Source of the DNA: Myxococcales bacterium
GTDB taxonomy: Bacteria; Myxococcota_A; Polyangia; Polyangiales; Ga0077539
Reading direction: 5' to 3'
Assembly (NCBI GenBank): GCA_016792845.1
Contig: JAEUKH010000043.1
Location: forward strand, 153,846-217,845
DNA length: 64,000 nucleotides
Notes under the pieces: model-generated
Database searches by the model: none
Told to the model about the DNA's origin: nothing
The model's input: the letters and a program-made list of their open reading frames with translations, nothing else
Program-made: the position numbers and the translations under genes
Part shown: positions 50,301 through 58,531 of the stretch, one piece after another
How positions within the stretch are numbered: position 1 is the first letter of the stretch
Layout of the letters: every line of letters starts with the position of its first letter

Positions 50301-50865
50301 TTGCTCGGCCGTGCCGCGCACCTCGGGCACCTGCACCGCGCCCGCGGGCGGCACCTGCGGCGCGGGTGGCGTCTGCGCCTGCCCCACGGGCCAGACCAAC
50401 TGCTCGAACACCTGCCGCACCCTCACCACTGACAACGCCAACTGCGGCGCCTGCGGTCGCGCGTGCGGCACCAACCAGGCCTGCGTCGCGGGCGTCTGCG
50501 TCGGCCAAGGCTCGCTGCGCTTCACCCTCACCTGGGATCGCGCCGGCGACATGGATCTCCACCTCTTGCCGCCCTGCGGCACCGAGATCTACTACGGTCG
50601 GCTCATGGCCTGCGGCGGCACCCTCGACCGCGACGACACCTCGGCCACCGGGCCCGAGAACATCTTCTGGAGCTCGTCGTACACCCCCGGCCAGTACGTG
50701 GTCTGCCCCGAGGCGTACAACAGCGCCGCGCAGAGCGCCAACTGGACCCTCGTCGTCGTGCGCAACGGCGTCGAGGTCGCGCGCCGCACCGGCGTGCGTA
50801 ACCGGGTCGACGGCAACACCGTGTGCTCGACGAGCTTCCCCGGCGCGATCGTGCTGAACCTCTGA
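47398..50865 (+). CDS. Giant secreted Cys-rich repeat lipoprotein, paralogue 2
   Basis: 'gagagg' RBS then 'MKQAEKLALLSTFLVALAGC' (lipobox). Same 8-Cys module about 16 times, an internal duplication, and the same C-terminal domain as paralogue 1. Confidence 0.75.
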   Translation: MKQAEKLALLSTFLVALAGCTGASVVGGPGGDASTGTDVQGSDADVATLDTGNDTGGNDTGGNDTGGNDSGPVDAGPTRCMSNNDCMGNAAGGVCNTMTGQCVQCLGSETCEAGQYCDTATSNCVRGCRDDNACNTAMGGGGGGDDAGTGAMLRCNPMTRTCVECYEDAQCPAGTLCRGNSCVRGCTDSSRCAMGESCCAGACVNTQSNADNCGTCGTVCNVPNAQAACAMGQCAVGSCTGDRRDCDNMVGNGCETDTNSSLMHCGGCGRVCNTPPNATASCTAGSCGFTCVTGFADCDNDPANGCETDLNSSADNCGTCGTRCMLTNATAACMAGRCAVAACANGFGDCDTNAANGCETNIQTSTSHCGTCGSACAMPSNGAAACTMGSCGIAMCGAGFADCDGNTSNGCETNTQTSATHCGACGAECRLNNATASCAAGACAVATCTTGFANCDNNAANGCEVNTRGDVNNCGACGTVCAASNGTPSCNAGACTVGSCNDGFANCDSNNANGCETNTQTDTNNCGACRNTCNLANASSVCRGGSCAIGTCNAGFADCDGNAANGCETNTNTSLSACGMCGRVCNTANGTPVCTNGACGVGACDTGFANCDNNAANGCEVVVQSDIRNCGSCGRVCPTPSNGSAVCTLGQCGIGTCTSGTADCDNNTANGCETNTNTSVLNCGACGRTCPTLPNASTTCTGGLCGLGACATGFANCDNNPTNGCETNLTNTVGSCGACGRACSFANASATCANSTCALGTCNAGFANCDGNAANGCETNINTTLAACGACGRVCAAPTGGSATCTGGTCVQACPAGQSNCGGVCRPTGAACTSAGTGGCAQTGTIVCSGTTTTCSAVPRTSGTCTAPAGGTCGAGGVCACPTGQTNCSNTCRALTTDVNNCGACGRICTAPTGGSVTCANSTCVQACPAGQSNCGGVCRPTGATCTSAGTGGCAQTGTLVCSGTTTACSAVPRTSGTCTAPAGGTCGAGGVCACPTGQTNCSNTCRTLTTDNANCGACGRACGTNQACVAGVCVGQGSLRFTLTWDRAGDMDLHLLPPCGTEIYYGRLMACGGTLDRDDTSATGPENIFWSSSYTPGQYVVCPEAYNSAAQSANWTLVVVRNGVEVARRTGVRNRVDGNTVCSTSFPGAIVLNL

Positions 50866-50970
50866 CCGAAGCGTAGCGCCCCCTGCGGTGCAGCCCTCGG
50901 GCCGCCGCAGGGGCGTCTCACCCGCCTCGTAGCTCCCTTCACTGACCGATCGCCCGCCGAGAACCCGCGC

Positions 50971-52356
50971 TCAGCCCTCGTCGCGCTCGCCGCGCTTGCC
51001 GAGGCCGTGCTCGTCGAGCTTGGCGTAGAGCTGCGGCCGGGCGATGCCCAAACTGCGCGCGGCCTCGGCGCGGTTGCCCTTGGCCCGTTCGAGGGCCTTC
51101 AAGATCATCCGTCGCTCAAGGGCCGCAACGGCCTCACGGAGGCTCCCGAACTCTTCGGTCGGGTCGACCCCGCCAGATGCCTGTTCAGGCCCCGCACGCC
51201 CCCTCTGAATCGCTTCAGGGAGGTCTTGGGCGTCGATCACCTCGCCGCCGGTCATGGCCGCGGCCCGCGCGATGGAGTGTAGGAGTTCACGCACGTTGCC
51301 CGGCCAGTCGTAGCGCTGGAGGCACGCGATGGCCTCTTCCGACACGGCCCGGGCGTGGGTGCCCTTGAGGGCGTGGGCGACGAGGAGGGCGATGTCGCTC
51401 TTGCGGGCCCTCAGCGGCGGCAGCGCGACCTCGAGCACCGCGAGGCGGTAGTAGAGGTCGTCGCGGAGGGTCGACCCGGCCTCTCCGGGGCGCACCGGGC
51501 GGTGCGTCGCGGCGATCACCCTGCACTTCATCGTCAGGCTCTCGGTGCCTCCGACCCGCTCGTAGCCTTGCGATTGCAGCACCCTGAGGAGCCGGGTCTG
51601 GAGGCCTGGCTCGAGGTCGCCGATCTCGTCGAGAAAGAGCGTGCCGTCGGCGGCGAGCTCGATGCGCCCGGCCTTGCGAGCGACCGCGCCGGTGAAGGCT
51701 CCGCGCTCGTGGCCGAAGAGCTCGCTCTCGATGAGCGTGGGCGGAAGCGCGGCGAGGTTGACGGCCACGAAGGGCGCGCGGCTCCGGGCGCTGTTACGGT
51801 GGATGGCCTCGGCGACCCGCTCTTTGCCAGTACCGGTCTCGCCGGTGATCAAGACCGGGGCGTCGCTCGCGGCGGCACGCCCGATGAACTTCCAGACCTG
51901 GAGCATCGCCGCGCTCGCGCCTACGAGGTCGCCCGGCGCCTCGGCGCGCGGCGCCGCCGACTCGACGGGCCGCTCGACGGCGGGCTTGAGCTCTCGCTGA
52001 CGGATGGCCCGCTGCACCATGTCGAGCAGGCTCGGGAGGTCGAAGGGCTTGGTGGCGTAATCGAAGGCCCCGGCGCGCATCGCGCGGATCGTGCGATCGC
52101 TGTCGCCGTAGGCCGTGGCCATGATGACCGGCACCTCGGGCGCGAGGCCCCCGCGCATGGCCTCAAGGAGCGCGATGCCGTCGCCGTCTTTCAGCCGAAC
52201 ATCGAGCAGCACGCAATCGAAGCGCTCGGCCTCGATCCGGCGGCGCGCCTCGACCACCCCTTCGGCCGCCACGGCCTGATGCCCGAGGCGCTCGACGGCC
52301 TTGACGAGCCCCTCGCGAAGCCCGCGCTCATCATCGACGACCAACACTCTGCCCAT
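50971..52356 (-). CDS. NtrC-family sigma-54-dependent response regulator
   Basis: REC domain ('VLVVDDE', 'DCVLLDVRL'), AAA+ with 'GETGTGKE' and 'GAFTGA', C-terminal HTH. Confidence 0.9.
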   Translation of the reverse strand: MGRVLVVDDERGLREGLVKAVERLGHQAVAAEGVVEARRRIEAERFDCVLLDVRLKDGDGIALLEAMRGGLAPEVPVIMATAYGDSDRTIRAMRAGAFDYATKPFDLPSLLDMVQRAIRQRELKPAVERPVESAAPRAEAPGDLVGASAAMLQVWKFIGRAAASDAPVLITGETGTGKERVAEAIHRNSARSRAPFVAVNLAALPPTLIESELFGHERGAFTGAVARKAGRIELAADGTLFLDEIGDLEPGLQTRLLRVLQSQGYERVGGTESLTMKCRVIAATHRPVRPGEAGSTLRDDLYYRLAVLEVALPPLRARKSDIALLVAHALKGTHARAVSEEAIACLQRYDWPGNVRELLHSIARAAAMTGGEVIDAQDLPEAIQRGRAGPEQASGGVDPTEEFGSLREAVAALERRMILKALERAKGNRAEAARSLGIARPQLYAKLDEHGLGKRGERDEG

Positions 52357-52368
52357 GGTGACCCGCTT

Positions 52369-53763
52369 CTATGCACCAAACTCGGCCCGAAAGGTGGTCG
52401 TCGCGCCGCGGCGTTCGTACCGCAACGTGCCCCCGTGGGCGACGGCCACGGCCCGCGAGAGCGCCAGCCCGAGCCCCGTACCCGACGGCCGCGTGGTGAA
52501 GAAGGGCTCGAAGAGCTCGTGCGCTCGGCTCGGGTCGACGCCGGCGCCCTGATCGTGCACCGCGAGCCGCGCAACCTGCCCGTCGACGGCCACCTCGACG
52601 CGCACCACGCCGCCCTCGGGCGAGGCCTCGACGGCGTTGCGCAGGAGGTTGTCGACGAGCCGCGTGACGGCGTCTCGGTCGAGCGAGAAGCGCCCCGCGC
52701 CCTCGACCTCGAAGCGCACGCCGCGCTGCGCCGCGAGGGGCCCGGCGAGCTCGCAGCGGGCCTCACAGAGCGCCCTGAGGTCGGTCTCGGCGCGCACCAC
52801 CGCGCGGCGACCCGAGATCACCAGGAGGTCGCTCACGAGGCGGTCGAGCCGCGCGATCTCGTCGCCCACGTCGCGGAGGTCTTGGGCCACACCGGGCGGC
52901 TGCTCCGCGAGCTCCATCGCGGCGAGGTCGACCTTGAGCTTGATCGACGCGAGGGGGTTTCGCACCTCATGGCTCACCCCTGCCACGACGCGCCCGAGGG
53001 CCGCCAAGCGCTCGCGGGCGTTGAGGGCCTCGCGCAGCCGGGCTTGCTCGTTGCGCTCGAATTGCAGCGCCCGCGCGAGCTCGGCGATGCCGTCGGAGAT
53101 CGCCGCCAGCTCGGTCATCTCGGGGCGCTCGATGGGGGCCGCGAGGTCGCCCGCGAGGGCCGCGAGCGAGCGACGCAGGGTGTTCGCGCCGTCTCGCAGC
53201 GAGGCCACCCCGCGCAGGGCGAGGCCCACGAGAATTACCGCCGACAGCGCGAGGAGCGCCACCGCGCCGCGCCACCGCTCGTCGACCCCCGCGGGCACAT
53301 ACACCGCCGCCCAGACCCGCGCCCCATCGACGCGGCGCGCCGCGCCCACCACGACCCTGCGCTCGAGCGGTCGGCGGTTGCCCCGCAGCCCGCGCGGAGG
53401 CCCCGCTTCGCCCGCCACGGTGACCACCCCCTCGGCGCCCGCGGCCCGCGCCAACGCGGCGTCACGGACGGCGACGAGCTCAGGCGAGAGGAGCCCGCCT
53501 CCGAGCTCGCGACCGTCGGCGAAGCGCACCCCCCACGGCCCCCGCCCGCGGTGCCGCGGCGCGCCCATCAACGGGTCGTCAGGGCCCAGCGCCGGGTGCT
53601 CAGAGAGCATTCTGAGCACCTCGGCCTCGGCCATCGCCTCGCCCCGTTCGAGCCGCGCTCGGAGGCTCGTCTGCGCGAGGCCCACCACCGCGGCAAGGGC
53701 GCCGACGAGGGTGAGCAGCGCGAACACCGAGAGCACCACGAAGCGTTGACGGAGCGAGCGCAT
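52369..53763 (-). CDS. Sensor histidine kinase (two TM segments, periplasmic sensor, HisKA, HATPase_c)
   Basis: 'VSHEVRNPLASI' H-box, 'GTGLGLALSRAV' G2 box. TM helices 'VVLSVFALLTLVGALAAVVGL' and 'AVALLALSAVILVGLAL'. Confidence 0.85.
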   Translation of the reverse strand: MRSLRQRFVVLSVFALLTLVGALAAVVGLAQTSLRARLERGEAMAEAEVLRMLSEHPALGPDDPLMGAPRHRGRGPWGVRFADGRELGGGLLSPELVAVRDAALARAAGAEGVVTVAGEAGPPRGLRGNRRPLERRVVVGAARRVDGARVWAAVYVPAGVDERWRGAVALLALSAVILVGLALRGVASLRDGANTLRRSLAALAGDLAAPIERPEMTELAAISDGIAELARALQFERNEQARLREALNARERLAALGRVVAGVSHEVRNPLASIKLKVDLAAMELAEQPPGVAQDLRDVGDEIARLDRLVSDLLVISGRRAVVRAETDLRALCEARCELAGPLAAQRGVRFEVEGAGRFSLDRDAVTRLVDNLLRNAVEASPEGGVVRVEVAVDGQVARLAVHDQGAGVDPSRAHELFEPFFTTRPSGTGLGLALSRAVAVAHGGTLRYERRGATTTFRAEFGA

Positions 53764-53781
53764 GACGGCCCCTGCCCTCGC

Positions 53782-54612
53782 TCAGCGACCCGCGACGGGC
53801 GCCCGCGGCGTCGCCGCGAGCACCGTGCCGTCGCCGAGGATGACCCGCTGCGCCAGTACCGAGCGGCCCTGCGGATACGCCCCCCCGCGACCTTCAACCC
53901 GCAGCGTCTCGCCCGCGGCGAAGGTGTGATCGCCGCTGAGCTGCGGGCCCAGCATCACCGTCGTGCCGTCTTCGAGCACGAGGAGGTGGGCGCGGCCGTG
54001 AGGCCCACCGACCACCGCCGAGACGCGGCCGTTGGTGGTCATCGGGGCGAGGCTGTTGAAGCGCTCGGCCATGCGAGCCCGAAGGCCCTCGTGGCCCGCG
54101 CCGTCGGCCCCCTCGCGGCCGTGGTGGGGCCCGCCCTCAGCGCCGGCGCCGCGGCCGTGACGCCCGAACCAGCCGCGACGCCCCTCGCCGCGCCCCTCGG
54201 TCGCGCCCTCAGCGCCCGGAGGCCCCATGCGACGCGACGCGAGCACCTCGGTGCCGTCGGCGAGGCGCAGCGACGCGTGGTGGATCACGCCGCTCTGCCC
54301 GGCGAAGCGAAAGCCCTCGACCTGCACGGCGCTGCCCACCGCGAGGCGCCCCGACACGTCGTCGCTGCCGTGGCGGCCAAAGAGCACCACGGTGCCGTCG
54401 CGGAGCTGAAGCCCGCGGGTGTGACCGAAGGGCCCCACGAGGTAGCGCCCCACAACGCCCGACGCGCGCGCCGCTTCACCCGCGAAGCGCGCCCGCCCTT
54501 CGGCGGCGTTGGGCGAACCCGCCGCCCCGTTCGACCCCGGCGGCACCTGGGCCACAGCCGAGACCGACGCGACCAACAACGCAAGACCTACAAACGCGAG
54601 TGACTTCTTCAT
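53782..54612 (-). CDS. Secreted hypothetical protein with two internal repeat domains, 18 bp upstream of the histidine kinase gene
   Basis: Internal ATG at 54612 gives 'MKKSLAFVGLALLVASVSAVAQ' (signal peptide). Duplicated 'DGTxV(L/M)xG...' half-domains. The 5' part of ORF 53782..54879 is Arg-rich and likely spurious. Confidence 0.55.
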   Translation of the reverse strand: MKKSLAFVGLALLVASVSAVAQVPPGSNGAAGSPNAAEGRARFAGEAARASGVVGRYLVGPFGHTRGLQLRDGTVVLFGRHGSDDVSGRLAVGSAVQVEGFRFAGQSGVIHHASLRLADGTEVLASRRMGPPGAEGATEGRGEGRRGWFGRHGRGAGAEGGPHHGREGADGAGHEGLRARMAERFNSLAPMTTNGRVSAVVGGPHGRAHLLVLEDGTTVMLGPQLSGDHTFAAGETLRVEGRGGAYPQGRSVLAQRVILGDGTVLAATPRAPVAGR

Positions 54613-54909
54613 GGTGACCTCGATTCGATGGCGAGACGAACAGAGCGCATTGCGCGGCGCGTGCCAACCCGCGAGATGCTGATTTTTCGCACGATTCCTC
54701 GACGACACCGGCGCCGGGGCGTCGCGGTGACTGACACCTGTCGCGATGCGCGACACCGGGCGGCCCGACCGCGCAAGGCGATTCCGATCTCGCGGCGGGC
54801 GAGGAGCGCCGACAGCGTGCGGGCCCGACCGCGACCGTTCGGGTCGGGTCTTGGTTGCGACGGCGCCAAGAACGGGCACACTCCGCGGGTCGGAGGGCCG
54901 TCACCACCA

Positions 54910-55527
54910 ATGAGCGCTCGCAAACCCGTCTCGGCCACAGAAGCGTCGGTCTTGCCCACGGTCTCAGAGGTCTGGGCGCCCAGCGCTCCGACGTCTCCGC
55001 AGTGTGAGGCGCCGCAAGCGTGGCACGTCGCGCCTCCTGCGGGGGCGCTCCCGCCGGTGTCAACGCAGCCCCCTGAGCCCGCGGGGTCGCTGGGCGCGTC
55101 GCGGGTCACGCGCCGCCAGCGCGCGCTGAAGGTGGGCCTCGGCGCGGGTCTGTGTGCGGGCGCCGTGAGCGCCATGGGTCTTCAGCTGATCCCCGAATCG
55201 CCGGTCTGCGGCGACACACGCTTTGACGAGCTTGAGGCCCACGCCCCGCGGGTCAGCAGCGCCGCTCGGCGGGCCGAGCTCGTCGCGGTGCTGCGCGAGA
55301 TCGGCCTCGCCACAGGCATGCTGCGCCACGCGAACACCGGGGTCACGCAACATGTGGCAGGCGCGATGCCGGTCGCGACGCCGACGCCGCCGTTGACGGT
55401 GCCGCCCCCGAGCCCGCCGATGCCGACCAACACACTGCAAATCGATGGCGGGTTGCGCGCCGTCGACCCGAGCCCTGAGGTGCCCGCGCGACCCACAACG
55501 GGCCACGCCCCGCGGCACCGTCGGTGA
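54910..55527 (+). CDS. Hypothetical Pro-rich single-pass membrane protein
   Basis: GC3-biased frame. TM segment 'ALKVGLGAGLCAGAVSAMGL'. Stop overlaps the next start (TGATG). Confidence 0.4.
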   Translation: MSARKPVSATEASVLPTVSEVWAPSAPTSPQCEAPQAWHVAPPAGALPPVSTQPPEPAGSLGASRVTRRQRALKVGLGAGLCAGAVSAMGLQLIPESPVCGDTRFDELEAHAPRVSSAARRAELVAVLREIGLATGMLRHANTGVTQHVAGAMPVATPTPPLTVPPPSPPMPTNTLQIDGGLRAVDPSPEVPARPTTGHAPRHRR

Positions 55528-56327
55528 TGTTCTGGCCATCGGCAGGGTCGCCCTTTCGCGAGGCCCGTACTGCTTTTGAAGAGCGCCCTCGCGACGAGTC
55601 GACGGTCAGCGCAGAGCGCCTGGTCGGGTCGGTCTACAACGCCGAGACGCCGCGGCGCGAACAGGTCGCGGCGGCCCTCGAGGGTCTCTCAGACCCGGCC
55701 GAGGCATGGGAGCGGCTCGACAACCTCGGGCTCACGCCCCCCTCGTGGATGCAAGGCCTGGAGCGTCGCTTCGGCTCCCACATCGACGACCTCGGCGACG
55801 GGCGCGCCCGGGGCGAGCGACGCCGTCGGGTCGCCGTCAGCGCGCAGCCCACGAGCCTCGCGCTGGTCGAGGCCATGGCGAGCCGAGGCACCCTCATCGC
55901 GCGCGCCGAGGCCCTCGCCCTCGAGGCCATCACCCGCGCCTCGCGCGCCCCCAGGGTGATCGAGCGCGTAGTCTGGAGCACCCGCCCCCGAGGCGCCCTC
56001 GACGGCCCCCGGGGGACGCTCCTCTCGATTGAAATTTCGTTGAGACTTCAATCACTTGCGGCGCGCTCGGCGGTGCTCGACCGGGCCCACCTCCGCGCCT
56101 TCACCGAGGTGGTTCGGCGCGCCCCGGGAGACGCCCTGGTGAGCGCCGCCGCTCGCGATCACGCCCGCGCGCTCCTCTGGCGCCTCGGAGACGCCGAGGC
56201 GTCGAACCCCTATGGCCCCTTGGTGGGCCTGTGGCTGCTCGGGGTGGTGCCCGACACGGTCGAAGACGCAACGGTGTTTCTCACGGTGCCGCCGGTCGCG
56301 CCGTGCCGCGAGGGCGCGTCGGGCTGA
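55527..56327 (+). CDS. Hypothetical protein
   Basis: GC3-biased and not low-complexity. Translationally coupled to the upstream ORF. Confidence 0.4.
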   Translation: MFWPSAGSPFREARTAFEERPRDESTVSAERLVGSVYNAETPRREQVAAALEGLSDPAEAWERLDNLGLTPPSWMQGLERRFGSHIDDLGDGRARGERRRRVAVSAQPTSLALVEAMASRGTLIARAEALALEAITRASRAPRVIERVVWSTRPRGALDGPRGTLLSIEISLRLQSLAARSAVLDRAHLRAFTEVVRRAPGDALVSAAARDHARALLWRLGDAEASNPYGPLVGLWLLGVVPDTVEDATVFLTVPPVAPCREGASG

Positions 56328-56386
56328 GCGCGAGGGCGCGCTGGGTTGCTGAAATCTGTCGACGGCGGTGCTACGAGGGCCGGGCG

Positions 56387-56794
56387 ACGATGGCCTCTAC
56401 GACCCTCACTGCCATGAATGGTTTGCTCTCCCGCACGAGCCGCGGGTGGGTCTGGCGCGACGGCACCCACGAGAAGCGGGTGCGCGATCTCCGTGCGGCG
56501 GAGGCGTTTCAGTTTCCGACCGTGAGCCACCCTCACCCCGAGCGCCCGGGCGCGCGGGAGGTTTGGGTCCGTGTGCCCGACGAGGCCATCGAGGCCGAGC
56601 CCGACCTCGCCGAGTTTGTGGCCTCCCTCGGCTTCGCGGCGCGCCCCTCGGCGGTCGAAGCGGGCTTCACCGAGGTGCCCGAGGCGGCCTGGCGCCGGTT
56701 CGGCGACACGGTCATCGGCATCGTCTGGGAGCCCGAGCACGAGCAAGCGCTCTTCGACACCGCCGAGGCGGTGCGCCGAAAGGGGGTCGCGTGA
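56387..56794 (+). CDS. Hypothetical protein (135 aa)
   Basis: Internal ATG with good GC3 bias. Stop overlaps the GTG start of the hydrolase gene (GTGA). Confidence 0.45.
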   Translation, partial: TMASTTLTAMNGLLSRTSRGWVWRDGTHEKRVRDLRAAEAFQFPTVSHPHPERPGAREVWVRVPDEAIEAEPDLAEFVASLGFAARPSAVEAGFTEVPEAAWRRFGDTVIGIVWEPEHEQALFDTAEAVRRKGVA

Positions 56795-57555
56795 GCGCCC
56801 CGAGCGATTGGGTCTTTCTCCGCGGGTTGGGGCGCGAGCAGCGTCACTGGGAGGCCTTCCCCGAGGTCTTCGCGGCGACGCTCGGGGTGCGGGTCCAATG
56901 CCTCGATTTGCCCGGCGTGGGCACCGAGTGCCACCGGGTCGCGCCGACCTCCATCGCGGCCACCGTCGACGACCTGAGAGCCCGTTGGCAGCCCCTCGCG
57001 GCGGCCCACCCCGAGCGCACCTGGGGCATCTTTGGCATCTCCCTCGGGGGCATGGTGGCGCAATCGTGGCCCGTCCAATACCCTGGTGATTTCAAGCGCG
57101 TTGTGTTGGTGAACACCTCGGCCGCGAGCCACGCCCTGCCCTGGGAGCGCATGAGCCTCTCGGTCGCCCGGCAAGCCCTCGCAGCGGCCCGGAGCCGCTC
57201 CGAAGCCGACCGTCAGAAGCGCATCTTGAAGTTCACCACCCGCTTCGTCGGCGACCTCGACGGGGTGGCCGCGCGCTGGGCCGAGTACGCCGCCGAGCGC
57301 CCGCTCAAACCCGGCAATTTTCTCAGGCAGCTCGGGGCGGCGATGCGCTTCCGTGCGCCCGCAGCGATCGCCGCGCCGACCCTGGTGATGGTCTCCGAGG
57401 GAGACGCCCTCGCCCACCCGAACAACGGCCGACGCCTCGCCGCCCACTACCGCGCCGCCCTCGCCGTGCACCCGTCGGCGGGCCACGACCTCCCCGTCGA
57501 CGCGCCCGAGTGGGTCTGCCAGACCGTCTCGCAGTGGATGGCCTCGCCGGGCTGA
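56791..57555 (+). CDS. Alpha/beta-hydrolase fold protein
   Basis: 'GISLGGMVAQ' GxSxG nucleophile elbow. Real start is a GTG inside ORF 56368..57555. Confidence 0.7.
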   Translation: MSAPSDWVFLRGLGREQRHWEAFPEVFAATLGVRVQCLDLPGVGTECHRVAPTSIAATVDDLRARWQPLAAAHPERTWGIFGISLGGMVAQSWPVQYPGDFKRVVLVNTSAASHALPWERMSLSVARQALAAARSRSEADRQKRILKFTTRFVGDLDGVAARWAEYAAERPLKPGNFLRQLGAAMRFRAPAAIAAPTLVMVSEGDALAHPNNGRRLAAHYRAALAVHPSAGHDLPVDAPEWVCQTVSQWMASPG

Positions 57556-57616
57556 TTCCGTCTCATCTCGGCACATCTTGACACACCCGCCGACGGTGGC
57601 TTGAGGCTTCGGGCGT

Positions 57617-58531
57617 ATGAACACCTTGCCGTTTGCTCAGCTCCAGCTCTTCGCGGCGGTGGCGCGGCACCGGAGCTTCAGCCGCGCGGCGCGCGAGCTC
57701 GCGCTGACCCGCTCGGCGCTCAGCCAGGCCGTTCGTCAGCTCGAAGAGCAGCTCGGGGTGTCGCTGCTCACTCGCACGACCCGCAGCGTGGCCCTCACCC
57801 CGGCCGGGGCGCAGCTCCTCGGGCGCGTGTCGCCCGCGTTCGCAGAGGTCACCGACGCGCTCCGGGCGGTGACCGCTCAGCCCGGCGCGCTGGTCGGTCG
57901 CCTCAGGCTCTCGGTGCCGCGCTCGGCGGTGCCCTACGCGATCACACCGATCTTGCCGGTGTTTTGCGCGCTTCACCCTGGGGTCGAGGTCGAGGTGTCG
58001 ATCGACGAGCGCCTCGTCGACATCGTGGCCGAGGGCTACGACGCGGGGGTGCGTCTGATCGAGTCGATCGCGCGCGACATGCTCCAGGTTCGTCTCTCGG
58101 CGCCCTTTCGCTTCGTGGTGGTCGCGTCGCCCGGGTACCTCGCGGCCTGCGGCGCGCCGGAGCGCCCTGAAGACCTCGCGGCCCACACCTGCGTGCCCTT
58201 TCGGATGAAGAGCACCCAAACGCTCTACGCCTGGGAGTTCGAGCGCGGCGCGCGCAGCTGGCGTGTGCCGGTGCGCGGCCCCGCGGTGACCGACGACGTA
58301 GGGTTGAGCGTCGCGCTGGCCGAGGCGGGGCTCGGGCTCGCGTACACGCCCGAGCACGTCGTCGAAGAGGCGCTCGCGGCGGGGCGACTCGTGCGCGTGC
58401 TCGAAGCCTACGCCCCTTCGGTGCCAGGGTACTTCTTGTACTTCCCCGAGAGCGGGCGAGCGTCGCCGACGCTGCGGGCGTTCATCGAGGTGGTGCGGGC
58501 CGAGGTCGCCTCGCGTCGCGGGGCGGGCTAA
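57617..58531 (+). CDS. LysR-family transcriptional regulator
   Basis: N-terminal HTH 'FAAVARHRSFSRAARELALTRSALSQAVRQLE', LysR substrate-binding domain, 304 aa. Confidence 0.9.
   Translation: MNTLPFAQLQLFAAVARHRSFSRAARELALTRSALSQAVRQLEEQLGVSLLTRTTRSVALTPAGAQLLGRVSPAFAEVTDALRAVTAQPGALVGRLRLSVPRSAVPYAITPILPVFCALHPGVEVEVSIDERLVDIVAEGYDAGVRLIESIARDMLQVRLSAPFRFVVVASPGYLAACGAPERPEDLAAHTCVPFRMKSTQTLYAWEFERGARSWRVPVRGPAVTDDVGLSVALAEAGLGLAYTPEHVVEEALAAGRLVRVLEAYAPSVPGYFLYFPESGRASPTLRAFIEVVRAEVASRRGAG

Noticed and set aside
47377-50562. 1061-aa minus ORF and 44393..45619 / 46019..47224 minus ORFs over the Cys-rich genes
   Set aside because: These are Gly/Ala/Arg homopolymer-like translations of the antisense of the Cys/Gly-rich coding strand. 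They have no start context or signal peptide.
51355-54603. 1082-aa plus ORF over the response-regulator/histidine-kinase genes
   Set aside because: Antisense to two motif-rich minus-strand genes.
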